Assembly (NCBI GenBank): GCA_043810775.1
Contig: JBDRNU010000010.1
Location: forward strand, 1 to 44,907
Origin: an archaeon
GTDB taxonomy: Archaea; Nanobdellota; Nanobdellia; Pacearchaeales; GW2011-AR1
Direction: 5' to 3'
DNA length: 44,907 nt
A program made the position numbers and the translations under genes. Below the pieces are notes generated by a model. That model worked only from the letters and a program-made list of their open reading frames with translations, was not told the origin of the DNA and searched no databases. Shown in pieces: positions 1 through 9,596 of this stretch (the first letter of the stretch is position 1; every line of letters starts with the position of its first letter).

Positions 1-2
1 GT

Positions 3-170
3 TGTAAATGCAAAGCTGGATTTAATTCTGGAATTGTTTTGGATCCTTTTATTGGCGCTGGAACTACTGCGATTGCTGCTAAACGTTTAGGAATGGATTA
101 TCTTGGTTTTGATTTGAATAAAGATTATATTAAGATAGCCAACAGGAGGGTAGCCAAGTATGGAAACTGA
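3..170 (+). CDS. Site-specific DNA methyltransferase (N4C/N6A), C-terminal fragment cut by the window edge
   Basis: Manual translation of frame 3: CKCKAGFNSGIVLDPFIGAGTTAIAAKRLGMDYLGFDLNKDYIKIANRRVAKYGN*. VLDPFxGxGTT is SAM-binding motif I near the C-terminus, as in beta-class MTases. Not in the ORF track. Confidence 0.9.
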   Translation, partial: CKCKAGFNSGIVLDPFIGAGTTAIAAKRLGMDYLGFDLNKDYIKIANRRVAKYGN

Positions 171-250
171 ATTATCATCTGATATTGGTGAGGAGATTAT
201 TATGAAGCTAAAGGAAATTGTATCTAAATTAGATAAAATATTAAATCAAA

Positions 251-481
251 ATGGGAAATACATTTCAAATACATCTCCGTATGAGTCAGGAGCTTCAGGA
301 GACGTTAAAGAAACAAGCATTGGAGAGTAAGATATCTTTTGCAGAATTGTGCAGAAGGAAACTTAAGAATAATTCTCAGTTAGATAAATTTGAGATTGTA
401 CTAAAAGATCTTATTGAAATAAAGTCTATTCTCAGTAATAAGGGTCTTTATAAACCAAAAAGCCTAACCAATTCTAATTAA
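251..481 (+). CDS. Ribbon-helix-helix (CopG/Arc-like) DNA-binding protein
   Basis: N-terminal FQIHLRMSQELQETLKKQA..KISFAELCRRKL fits the strand-helix-helix RHH pattern. Confidence 0.65.
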   Translation: MGNTFQIHLRMSQELQETLKKQALESKISFAELCRRKLKNNSQLDKFEIVLKDLIEIKSILSNKGLYKPKSLTNSN

Positions 482-609
482 ATTCAACGTAAAAAAACAG
501 TCCCTCAGACCTGCCAAAAGGGCTATGATTTCGGTGGGGGCATTAAACTTTTTAAAAATAATGTTTCTAAGATAATAATTTTTAAAAAGAGCTTATATTT
601 AAGTATCCT

Positions 610-1542
610 ATGGAGAAAAAAAGCAAATTAATTACCCGAGAAGATTTATTTGTGTACCCTTCTTCAACAACATCTTTTCCTGATATGTGGATTTATTTCT
701 TGACTGATTATGAAAATCATCATGGTGGTGGTGAAGATTATGTTTCAAGAGCAATAACATTAAGTAGCGCTTGGATGGAAAAAAAGAAAATAATAACTAA
801 TTTCCATAAAGAGATATTAGATACAATAGGTGAAAAGAAAATTATCCCAGAAAAGGATGACCCATTGATTTATTTTAATCTTTTCAACCATTTGAAACAT
901 AATTTATTAGGTTCTCTTTTAAACCATCGTGATTATGAAGTTTGGGAAAAAACTGCAAGTGGAAGCCTTTATTTTTATCTTGCGACACGTAACTCTTTAT
1001 TATTTTTAGATGAAATTTCTACACCAAAAAGAGAAAAAGGGTTTGAATTATTTAACCATGAAGATTTCGAAAAAGAACTGGAAGAAAGAGATAAAAAAGC
1101 AAGTAATCATATAGAAAATTTAGTTGTCAATCTTGAAAATAATAGACTTGATAAAAATTCTCTTCATTGGGTTTATACTGAAGGGTTTGATTTTGATAAT
1201 CATAAAACTGATTTATGGTATTGGGAAAAAAGAGCAGTAGCAAAAAAATTAGAAGCAGGGGCAAAACTAATTGGCAATTCATGCCATGATATTGACATTG
1301 ATTTTAGGAATATAGATGATTCTGAAAGACTAATGCGAATTGCAAAGGAGGTTCTTGATATCTCTAAAGGATTGGCTGAAAAAGGAAAAGATCCAGATTA
1401 CTCAAAAAAATTATTAGCTAGAAGTGAAAGAGAATTAGAAGGAGCAAAAGCTAATTTAGACGCGGACCCAGAAAATTCAAAACTAAGAAAAATTTATGAA
1501 CTAATTAATCAAATTCACATATCTCTTTTAGAAGATATTTGA
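610..1542 (+). CDS. Hypothetical protein (310 aa)
   Basis: Long ORF with a TATA-like TTTTAAA about 30 nt upstream; no motif recognised. Confidence 0.75.
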   Translation: MEKKSKLITREDLFVYPSSTTSFPDMWIYFLTDYENHHGGGEDYVSRAITLSSAWMEKKKIITNFHKEILDTIGEKKIIPEKDDPLIYFNLFNHLKHNLLGSLLNHRDYEVWEKTASGSLYFYLATRNSLLFLDEISTPKREKGFELFNHEDFEKELEERDKKASNHIENLVVNLENNRLDKNSLHWVYTEGFDFDNHKTDLWYWEKRAVAKKLEAGAKLIGNSCHDIDIDFRNIDDSERLMRIAKEVLDISKGLAEKGKDPDYSKKLLARSERELEGAKANLDADPENSKLRKIYELINQIHISLLEDI

Positions 1543-1583
1543 GTGAAAAGCTTAGTCCTTAAAAAGGAAAATAAGTATAATAG

Positions 1584-2315
1584 TTATTTCTCGTAACTTC
1601 TAACCAACTCTAACTCCTTACGAACAGAATAAGCAATATCTTCAGCTTCTTCATCCAAAACAACTCCTTCAATTATTTTTGGCACATTCATATAATTAAG
1701 TGCGCTAGAAATAACTTCAGAATTTTTTTCAGCCTCAATCAGCAGTGAATGATAATTACCCTCACTACAACCACTAACATGAATATGGCTTAATTTACCA
1801 GCCATAGCAGCATACAACTCTAAAGCAAGCTTCATAGAAGGATCATGCTCATAGCAGTGTTGCAAATCAATTATAGCACCAATATCAAACTCTCCTAAAA
1901 TTTCATCAAAATATTCAGGAGTAGTTACTAACTGCTTCCTAATATCTAAATTTTCAATTAAAGGTCTAAAATCTCTGTTTTCAAGTAATTCAAAATCATC
2001 AACAGTATCAGGATGAAACACCACCCCATTAACAAGAAATACACTGCAAATATCTTCTAATCGAGATAGTACTCTCTCACTTTCACCATCAGAATCATAA
2101 ACAATACTCATCCAAGGAGCATGTACAGAAATAAAATCAAATTCTAAAACATCTTTAACAAACTCATTATACAATTTAAAGCCTAAAATTGAATCTTCAT
2201 CAGGAAAACTTAACTCAAGGGCATTAGCCCCCAATTTCCTATAATAACTAGGCCTAAGTTCAAAAGGTATAATAGTATTATATAAACTTCCAGTTGAAAA
2301 ACCAACTTCTGCCAT
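1584..2315 (-). CDS. Xylose isomerase-like/AP endonuclease 2 TIM-barrel metalloprotein
   Basis: Metal-ligand pattern ALELS, SVHAP, VVFHP, IENL, DLQH, HIHVS, YH, IIEG. Confidence 0.8.
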   Translation of the reverse strand: MAEVGFSTGSLYNTIIPFELRPSYYRKLGANALELSFPDEDSILGFKLYNEFVKDVLEFDFISVHAPWMSIVYDSDGESERVLSRLEDICSVFLVNGVVFHPDTVDDFELLENRDFRPLIENLDIRKQLVTTPEYFDEILGEFDIGAIIDLQHCYEHDPSMKLALELYAAMAGKLSHIHVSGCSEGNYHSLLIEAEKNSEVISSALNYMNVPKIIEGVVLDEEAEDIAYSVRKELELVRSYEK

Positions 2316-2415
2316 AAAATCTCAAAAATCTGAGTATATAAAAGAATTAAGGTAGTGCAAAATATCCTTTCAAAAAGGTTTATAAAAGTATGATATAACT
2401 TTATTGAAAGTTAAA

Positions 2416-3282
2416 ATGGAAATACATGGATTTACTGTGCAAAATTGGAAATATATTATAGGGAAAATGCCTAAGGAAGATGCATTTAATATTAGGAAAA
2501 ATCCTATAATCCTAGCTGTAGCTGATGGAGTCACTCGCGATCCAATGACTTATCTTCCAGGTACCTCTGATTTAATTGGAAAAATTATATTTGCAGTAGA
2601 TTATCCAAGACCAAGCCCTGCAAGTGAAATTTCAGAAAAATTTTGTGCAGAATTTCCCCTTACTATGTCTTCATTTTTAAATCAAACTACAAGTGCAATA
2701 AATACTTCCTTTAATTTTATTAATAATAAAATTATAAAAAAGTATAATCAACAAGCTTTTCCAAAACCAGACTTCATAACAAAAGATTTAGCAGGCTGTG
2801 TGGCTGCAGGAGTTGCAGTTCTTCAAAACCATATAAACTGGGGATACATATGTGATTCAGGAGTAGCCTTATTTGATTCTCACGGAAATCTAATTGAAAA
2901 AACAAAATCAGAAGACCCCCACAGGCTAGACAAAATTATCTGGGAAGACCATATAATTAAAGGAAAATCATGGAGAGAACCAGAAGTAAGAGCAAGAATA
3001 AGGTCTTACTACAGAAATAATCCTTCAAACCCAAATTCTTACGGAGTTCTTACAGGTCAAGAACAAGCAATGCACTATGTTAGAACAGGCACCTATGAAT
3101 TCAAGCCAGGACAGCTAGTAATAGCTTATACAGATGGGGTTTCAGATATTATTTTTGAAAATGGTGATATACAAGGCACAGTAGCTGATATGATAAAAGC
3201 TAGAAGATTTAAAAAGCTAAGAAAACACTGTAAAAGAAATGTAAAGCATGAAGGAACTTTAGCTTATTGCCTGAATAACTAA
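2416..3282 (+). CDS. PP2C/PPM-like phosphatase-domain protein
   Basis: EDAF, AVADG, CDSG, YTDG motifs. The ATG at 2416 is preferred over the TTG at 2404 because TTTATAAA lies at 2379-2386. Confidence 0.75.
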   Translation: MEIHGFTVQNWKYIIGKMPKEDAFNIRKNPIILAVADGVTRDPMTYLPGTSDLIGKIIFAVDYPRPSPASEISEKFCAEFPLTMSSFLNQTTSAINTSFNFINNKIIKKYNQQAFPKPDFITKDLAGCVAAGVAVLQNHINWGYICDSGVALFDSHGNLIEKTKSEDPHRLDKIIWEDHIIKGKSWREPEVRARIRSYYRNNPSNPNSYGVLTGQEQAMHYVRTGTYEFKPGQLVIAYTDGVSDIIFENGDIQGTVADMIKARRFKKLRKHCKRNVKHEGTLAYCLNN

Positions 3283-4424
3283 GCTGCCTTCCCAACAATA
3301 TCTCTTTTCCAAAAAGTAACATTAAACCTATCAGTTCTAACCTTAACTCTTCTAGGTCCTTCATCAACATATCCTAACTCCATTGCCTCACTGCCATTTT
3401 GTTTAGCAATTTCAGGAATTCTTGAGTCTTTTCTTGAAGTATAAACTACAAACCCCACACCATTATTATAATTTTCAAGCATTTGTTTATCACTATTGTT
3501 AGAACGCTTATGAATATAATCAAAAACTTCAGGCCTCTCTGGAAGTTTAGTAATAATATAAGTAAGATCTTTTCTTGCTCTAGCAATTTTCTTAAAACCA
3601 TGACCAGTAATTGGCTGCAAATAAGTTATAGGAACACCAGCATCAAACATAGCCTGAACAGCAGGAGAATAACTTGGAGTAGGTTTCAAAACAGCCTCAC
3701 CAAAAGTTATTCCGGAAGGAAGTTCTTGAAAATATCCTAACCTAGAATGATCAGCTATTTTCCTTATTAAAGAAATTCCATTAGCATTCACACCTGGAGT
3801 TAGTAATCCATATAAAATATTTCCAGGCTGCACTCTAGCACCATGGCAAAATCTACTTTTAGGTGAAATCATCCCAAAAGAAGCGCCCATTAAATCAGCC
3901 ATTCCAGGAACAACTATTCCCTTAACCATTCCTGTCTCTCCGCCAGTAATAGCCACCTTATTTTCATCAGCGGCAATTCGATATCCTTCTAAAAGAGCCT
4001 CATTTTTTTCAGGATCACTAATAAATTCATCATCCCCAAAGCACATGATCAGCTGATAAGCAGAAGGCCTTGCACCAACTCCCAACAAATCATTCAAAGA
4101 CATGTTTGCAGTGTCAATTCCTGTAGTTGAAAAATACCTTAACATATTCTTGGGGTCTCTTCTTGACATTTCAACAGCAACAGCAACCTTAGTTCCAAGA
4201 ATTTCAGCATTAAAAGCTAAATAATGATCTTGCCCTTCTTTTAAATCAAAAACCTGTGCAGTTTCTCCAAGAGATTCTTCTAAAACTCTTTCTTTAGGAT
4301 TATTTAAAGTAGGAGCAAACTTAGTCATAGCAAGAATAGTAAAAGGGTCTAGAAAATCCTTATAATTAACAATCTTGCTATAATCAAAATCCTCTTTTCC
4401 CATAAATTTACTTGCCACTTTCAT
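3279..4424 (-). CDS. purM: Phosphoribosylformylglycinamidine cyclo-ligase (AIR synthetase)
   Basis: LGTK, GIDTANMSLNDL, GGETG, GVNANGISLIRK, LKPT, ITGHG motifs. Confidence 0.93.
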   Translation of the reverse strand: MKVASKFMGKEDFDYSKIVNYKDFLDPFTILAMTKFAPTLNNPKERVLEESLGETAQVFDLKEGQDHYLAFNAEILGTKVAVAVEMSRRDPKNMLRYFSTTGIDTANMSLNDLLGVGARPSAYQLIMCFGDDEFISDPEKNEALLEGYRIAADENKVAITGGETGMVKGIVVPGMADLMGASFGMISPKSRFCHGARVQPGNILYGLLTPGVNANGISLIRKIADHSRLGYFQELPSGITFGEAVLKPTPSYSPAVQAMFDAGVPITYLQPITGHGFKKIARARKDLTYIITKLPERPEVFDYIHKRSNNSDKQMLENYNNGVGFVVYTSRKDSRIPEIAKQNGSEAMELGYVDEGPRRVKVRTDRFNVTFWKRDIVGKAA

Positions 4425-4486
4425 TTAAATTCATTTCTACACTCTAAACCTTACTTTTTTTCATCACTTAAACCCAATACCTAAAA

Positions 4487-4494
4487 TTTATAAA
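4487..4494 (+). promoter_or_regulatory. Archaeal TATA box for purC-purB (leaderless start)
   Basis: TTTATAAA 27 nt upstream of the ATG at 4522, with an A-rich BRE-like sequence before it. Confidence 0.6.
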
Positions 4495-4521
4495 GAAAAG
4501 AAATTAAGAAATTCTAATAAA

Positions 4522-5841
4522 ATGGGTAGCGTTAAAGACCTTATAACAAGATCCGGCAAACTAAGAAATTTTAATATCCCAAAAGGGCTTTATATCCCAC
4601 CTTTAAAAAATAAATGGGGGCAAGGTGCATGGGATGTTAGTGGAAGATTTTCTGTTCTGGATTTAAAAGAGCAAATTCCAGAAACTGAAATCAGAAATAA
4701 AGCAGAAATTCTGGCAATGCAAACAGCTCATTATTTTGAAGCTTTGTTAAATGATTATCATGGCATAACTCAATGCTATAGGGGAATGCTTAATCACGAC
4801 GGAAACGTAACAACTTGTCAAAACCTCCTTGATAAAGGAGAACTATCAAATATAATTGTAATGTCTCTATCTCACTCTCCTGAAACATACTGGAAAAAAA
4901 TAAGAAAACAAAAATTTGACCCTAAATCACCTGAACAATTAATAGAATATAGGAGAGCTCTGCGTTCTGGGAGATTAAAAAACGGAATAGCAGATGTAGA
5001 ATCAATATTCAGAAAAGGCTTTCCTCTAGGAAGTTCTACATTTAAAAAAATATTTGAAGCAGTTGGAATGAAAGAAGACTATCTTCAGCTAGCTACCTAT
5101 GACGAAGTTGTAAACGGTCTAGATGAAGTAAGAAAAAGGGTAGAAAATCAAGGAATTCAAGCTTTTCCAGGACTTGAAGGAGTTCTTGCAGAAGCTCAGC
5201 TTGATAAAATCCCAAATCCAGGTTATATTCTTAAAGGAATTGCAACAGACTCTACAACTAAATTTGAAAAAGCTGGTGATCGCGCTATTTCAAGGCAAGA
5301 AGCCCAGCACCTAAGTGGAATGGACCCAGAAAACTATGCAATATGGGCAGAAAGCTGGGTTCCATTAATAGCTGCGCACCAGATAGCTTACTCAGAAGAT
5401 AGGGGAATTCTAAATATTGATGGAAAGTTAGAATGTGTTGTTTACTATGGAAGACCATGTGTTACTGATTTTGCAAATACAATAGATGAAAATAGAACAA
5501 TGATACTATACCAAGCAGAAAGTGGACTATGGGCAATACCTTCAAATAAGGAAATTCAAAGAGCAATTTTTAGAGCAGCTGGAGTTCCTCAAGCCATAGA
5601 AAGGTCAAGAGCCCTAGCTAAAGAAAAAGGAGGAACTTGGCAAGGTTATTTTGAAAAAGCATGCCAAGAGTTTAATATAGATGTAAGTGCAGTAACAGAA
5701 GAATCTGTAAGGCTAATGGAATATGCAGCTGCAGAAATTGGTAATAGAACCTTTCAAAAGAATATATTTGACGCGCCTCCCCTAAGTTCATGGGCTCCCG
5801 AATTCTTACCTTATGCTAGCAAGATTGAATATCAGGAATAA
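4522..5841 (+). CDS. purC: SAICAR synthetase, long divergent form
   Basis: MGSVKDL, SGRFSVLD, KAEILA, FRKG...GSS, STTKFE, DGKLE, DENR motifs, plus pur context. Confidence 0.85.
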   Translation: MGSVKDLITRSGKLRNFNIPKGLYIPPLKNKWGQGAWDVSGRFSVLDLKEQIPETEIRNKAEILAMQTAHYFEALLNDYHGITQCYRGMLNHDGNVTTCQNLLDKGELSNIIVMSLSHSPETYWKKIRKQKFDPKSPEQLIEYRRALRSGRLKNGIADVESIFRKGFPLGSSTFKKIFEAVGMKEDYLQLATYDEVVNGLDEVRKRVENQGIQAFPGLEGVLAEAQLDKIPNPGYILKGIATDSTTKFEKAGDRAISRQEAQHLSGMDPENYAIWAESWVPLIAAHQIAYSEDRGILNIDGKLECVVYYGRPCVTDFANTIDENRTMILYQAESGLWAIPSNKEIQRAIFRAAGVPQAIERSRALAKEKGGTWQGYFEKACQEFNIDVSAVTEESVRLMEYAAAEIGNRTFQKNIFDAPPLSSWAPEFLPYASKIEYQE

Positions 5842-5847
5842 ATAAAA

Positions 5848-7302
5848 ATGGATCCATTAGATTTAGTATCAAAATTAAGTCCTGAATTTAGAGCTTTAGA
5901 AGAAGCAGCTCTTAAGTGTATTTCTCCCGATGATGCAAAATATAGAAAAGCTTCACAAAAACTAGAGCACTGCCTAAGCGCATCAGCTGAATGGAGAGTC
6001 TGCGCACTAGTGCAAGAAAAGCTTATTGAAACTCGTGTAGAATTTGGGCAAGCAGATCGAATTTATCTTGAAGAAGTATCTCAAGCAGTTAAGAAAATAA
6101 TTCCGCTTAACATAGCATACTTAGAAGATGCAATACGTCATGATCAGCTCGCTTTAATTGAAGAGCTTGGAAGATTTATATCTCCAGAAGCAAAAGCATT
6201 ACTGCATCCAGGGACTACTTCATATGATATTTTAGATACAGCCCGAGCTTTAATGTATAAGCAAGCTTGGGAAGAAGTACTAAGGCCAACAGTGGCAAAA
6301 TCAGTAACAAAATTATGTGATATAGCAGAAAAATCAAAAGACTGGCTTCAAGTTGGAAGAACTCACTTACAAGATACCTCACCAGTAACTTTTGGTTTAA
6401 CAATGGCAATTGGAGCAGCAAGAATAGCAAATAGATTTCAAGAGTGTGACCGTTACTTTGGAAATTTAAAAGGTAAATGTTCAGGAATAGTGGGAACTGG
6501 TGCAGGAATTGAAATGGTCATAGGACAAGGAAAATCACTTGATTTTGAAAAAGCAGTTCTTGAAAAATTTAATTTACTTCCAGATTACACTGCAACTCAA
6601 ATTACTCAAAAAGAAAGAGTTGCAGACGTTGGTCACGGCTTAACTACTATGATGCTTGTCCTAAAAAACTTTGCAAGAAACATGAGGAAAATGTATGCCT
6701 CTCCAATAAGAGAAGTTTCTTCAGCTGACAGCTCAACTGAATTAGGAGGATCAAGTACAGACGCAGCAAAAGACAACCCTATTCAATGGGAAAATATTGC
6801 AGGAAAAGGAATAGTAGTAGAAAGTGGTATGCTAATTTTATATGAAATGATAACATCAGACTTTCAAAGAGATTTAGAAGGCTCAGTTCAGGCTCGCTAC
6901 GAACCAGCACAAATGATAGTAAGAACCTATGAATCTTTCTCAAGACTAAATAAAGCACTAGAAAAAATACAGATTAATGTTGATGCACTAAATAAAAATC
7001 TTCAATCAGTAAGAGATAAGCCAAGTGAAGCAATGGTTACAATTCTTAGAGGTACAGGAGAAGTCCACCCAGAATATGGGGGAGGGCATGATTTTGTAAA
7101 AGTAATGAGTCAAAGAGCAAAAACAGGACAACACCCTTTAATTCAGATTGCAAGAGAAGATCCACATTTTGAAAAAACATATCAAAGACTTTCTGATGTT
7201 AAAAAATATATACTAAACGGTAAGCTAGAACATTATATTGGCTCTGCAGTTGAAAGAGCTGACATAAATATCAGAGATGCTAAGCTAGCAATTGCAGCTT
7301 AG
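5848..7302 (+). CDS. purB: Adenylosuccinate lyase
   Basis: RHD, LHPGTTSYDILDT, GRTHLQ, SGIVGT, TQI, GSST..K.NP, QRDL motifs. Confidence 0.9.
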   Translation: MDPLDLVSKLSPEFRALEEAALKCISPDDAKYRKASQKLEHCLSASAEWRVCALVQEKLIETRVEFGQADRIYLEEVSQAVKKIIPLNIAYLEDAIRHDQLALIEELGRFISPEAKALLHPGTTSYDILDTARALMYKQAWEEVLRPTVAKSVTKLCDIAEKSKDWLQVGRTHLQDTSPVTFGLTMAIGAARIANRFQECDRYFGNLKGKCSGIVGTGAGIEMVIGQGKSLDFEKAVLEKFNLLPDYTATQITQKERVADVGHGLTTMMLVLKNFARNMRKMYASPIREVSSADSSTELGGSSTDAAKDNPIQWENIAGKGIVVESGMLILYEMITSDFQRDLEGSVQARYEPAQMIVRTYESFSRLNKALEKIQINVDALNKNLQSVRDKPSEAMVTILRGTGEVHPEYGGGHDFVKVMSQRAKTGQHPLIQIAREDPHFEKTYQRLSDVKKYILNGKLEHYIGSAVERADINIRDAKLAIAA

Positions 7303-7341
7303 TACAATAATAGTTATAAATACTAAAAATCTAGTTAAAAA

Positions 7342-8226
7342 ATGCCAGGAAAGAAAATACTATTCATTGGAAAAGGTTCAGATCGAGACCCTGGATTTGA
7401 AGGATTAACTATAGAAGGCATTACTTATCAAAACTGGATGGAAAGAAAAGGAATTTTTGTATTTGAAAAAGAAATAGTGGAGTCATGCCACGGCTGTCCT
7501 GATTTAATGAATCAATACAGTGAAGAATTGCAAAAAAGAGTTGATGCAGGGGATAGAGTAGTTGGAATTTTTAGTGGAGGGTTATATCTTGCCTTGTCAA
7601 GTCTGCAAGCAACTCAAGTCACCTTCCCAATAATAAGTGTTCCTACAGATCTTGTAGCATACCAAGCATTTATGGTCCCCTCAGGACACGCAGTAGTTGC
7701 AGGAGTTGGAGTTGATAAAGGAGGACAAATTCTAAATAAAGAATATGAAACAACTCAAAGAGTTAAAGCATTAAGATTAGCTCAAAGAATTCTAACTTTA
7801 GAATTCGAAGAAGTTTGTATTGTAGGTGATGAAAGCAATGGAAAACTAGAAAAAAAACTTCTTGATTTTGGAATAAAATATAGAACATCAAGTGAATCCC
7901 ACTTACTACACTTAAGCTATTCAAAATATGACCAAAAAGAAGTTTATCCTTATGTTTCATGCTTAATTAGAGCAGATTCAGATGAAGATATGAATGACTG
8001 GAATTACTTAAGAAATTCAGAACAGAGAAATCATATTTATGATTTTGGAAACCCAATAAATACAGTTCCCTTCGCTCAAGTCCGAGGAGTAGATAATCTA
8101 GCAATCTACGCAGCTAAAATTCTCTCATTGCAGCGCCATGATTTAAGGCAAAAGCTAATAGATATGAAAGTAGGTAAAAGAAAAACCTATGAACAAAGAG
8201 ACCTTTCTTCAGAATTAGCAGATTAA
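7342..8226 (+). CDS. purE: Divergent PurE-like AIR carboxylase/N5-CAIR mutase with an extra C-terminal domain
   Basis: GKGSD (cf. GSxSD), SCHGCP (cf. SAHRTP), GGLYLAL..FPIISVP (cf. AGxAAHL..PVIGVP), MVPSGH, and C-terminal NLAIYAAKIL (cf. NAALLAAQIL); pur context. Confidence 0.65.
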   Translation: MPGKKILFIGKGSDRDPGFEGLTIEGITYQNWMERKGIFVFEKEIVESCHGCPDLMNQYSEELQKRVDAGDRVVGIFSGGLYLALSSLQATQVTFPIISVPTDLVAYQAFMVPSGHAVVAGVGVDKGGQILNKEYETTQRVKALRLAQRILTLEFEEVCIVGDESNGKLEKKLLDFGIKYRTSSESHLLHLSYSKYDQKEVYPYVSCLIRADSDEDMNDWNYLRNSEQRNHIYDFGNPINTVPFAQVRGVDNLAIYAAKILSLQRHDLRQKLIDMKVGKRKTYEQRDLSSELAD

Positions 8227-9596
8227 TTTTTCTCTAGCTCAAAAGCCTTTCTGCCAATGTCAGTTCTATAATGAAACTTGCTTCCTACTAAGCCTATTTT
8301 ATCAACAGCAGAATAAGCTAACTCTTGAGCTTTTCTAATACTATCAAAAACACTTGCTCCTTCACCATAAGCAGTAACTCCTAAAACTCTTCCTCCAGAA
8401 GTAAGAGGTGTTTTATAAAATTCAGTTCCGCTATAACTCTTATCACCACCACGAATTTTAGTTCCAGCATGAAATACTATTACATTATCCATTTCTTTTA
8501 CAGCATCTAACCCTTTAATTTCAAATCCCTTATCATATTTTTCTGGATAACCATCACTAGCTAAAACAACACAAACACTAGCACCTTTATTAAATTCCAA
8601 ATCAATTTCATCTAATCTACCATCTAAAGCAAGATTCAATGGCTGATACAAGCCATTTTTCAGCATCATCATTGCAGGTTGAGCTTCAGGGTCACCAAAC
8701 CTGATATTATACTCAATTACCTTGGGCCCTTCTTTAGTCATAATCATCCCGCCATAAATAAATCCCTTATACTCAATACCCCTCTCATTTTTCATATATC
8801 TCACTAAAGGAACAAAAATCTCATCATTAATCTTCTTTACAATGCCTGAATCTGCAATAGGAGCAGGACAATAAGCTCCCATTCCGCCAGTATTAGGCCC
8901 TTTATCTCCGTCATCTCTTCTCTTATGGTCCTGAACAGCCATTTCAAATGGCTTGACATTCCACCCGTCTGAAATCCCAAAAACAGAAAATTCCTGTCCA
9001 ACTAATCTCTCAGCAACCAATACTTCAGGCCCAAAAGCACCAGCATGCCTTTTAACATCCTCTAAAGCTTCTTCTATGCTGTCATAAACACTAACCCCTT
9101 TGCCAGCAGTTAAACCTCTTGCCTTAACTACAATTCCCTTTTCAACAGAAGCCCCACTAATTAACTGAAAATTTTTTATTGCATCAATTGCCTGTTCAGT
9201 ACTTTCACATAATATAGATCTTGCTTGTGGAATTCCCACTGCCTCATTAACTGAATAAGAAAAAAACTTATCACTCTCTAGTCTAGCAGCATCTTTAGTA
9301 GGCCCAAAAATCCTATTATACCCTCTTTCATTAAAAAAATCAACTATACCATTGCAAAGCGGGTCTTCTGGGCCAACAACAACCATATCAACACTATTAT
9401 CTTTAACCCATTTATATAACTGCTGAAAATTCTCGGGTTTAGTGCCATTAATATAATCAAGATTAAATCCATCAAGATTAGTTCCATAATTTCCAGGCGA
9501 GCAATAAACAACAGCTCCAGGTTCATGATTTAAACTCCTCACCAAAGCATGCTCTCTGCCACCGCTTCCAATAACTAAAATAATTTTTTCATCCAT
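8223..9596 (-). CDS. purD: Phosphoribosylamine--glycine ligase
   Basis: VIGSGGREHAL, VVGPEDPL, AGKGV, QDHKR..GPNTGGMGAY, EYNIRFGDPE, FHAGT, GGRVL. Confidence 0.98.
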   Translation of the reverse strand: MDEKIILVIGSGGREHALVRSLNHEPGAVVYCSPGNYGTNLDGFNLDYINGTKPENFQQLYKWVKDNSVDMVVVGPEDPLCNGIVDFFNERGYNRIFGPTKDAARLESDKFFSYSVNEAVGIPQARSILCESTEQAIDAIKNFQLISGASVEKGIVVKARGLTAGKGVSVYDSIEEALEDVKRHAGAFGPEVLVAERLVGQEFSVFGISDGWNVKPFEMAVQDHKRRDDGDKGPNTGGMGAYCPAPIADSGIVKKINDEIFVPLVRYMKNERGIEYKGFIYGGMIMTKEGPKVIEYNIRFGDPEAQPAMMMLKNGLYQPLNLALDGRLDEIDLEFNKGASVCVVLASDGYPEKYDKGFEIKGLDAVKEMDNVIVFHAGTKIRGGDKSYSGTEFYKTPLTSGGRVLGVTAYGEGASVFDSIRKAQELAYSAVDKIGLVGSKFHYRTDIGRKAFELEKN

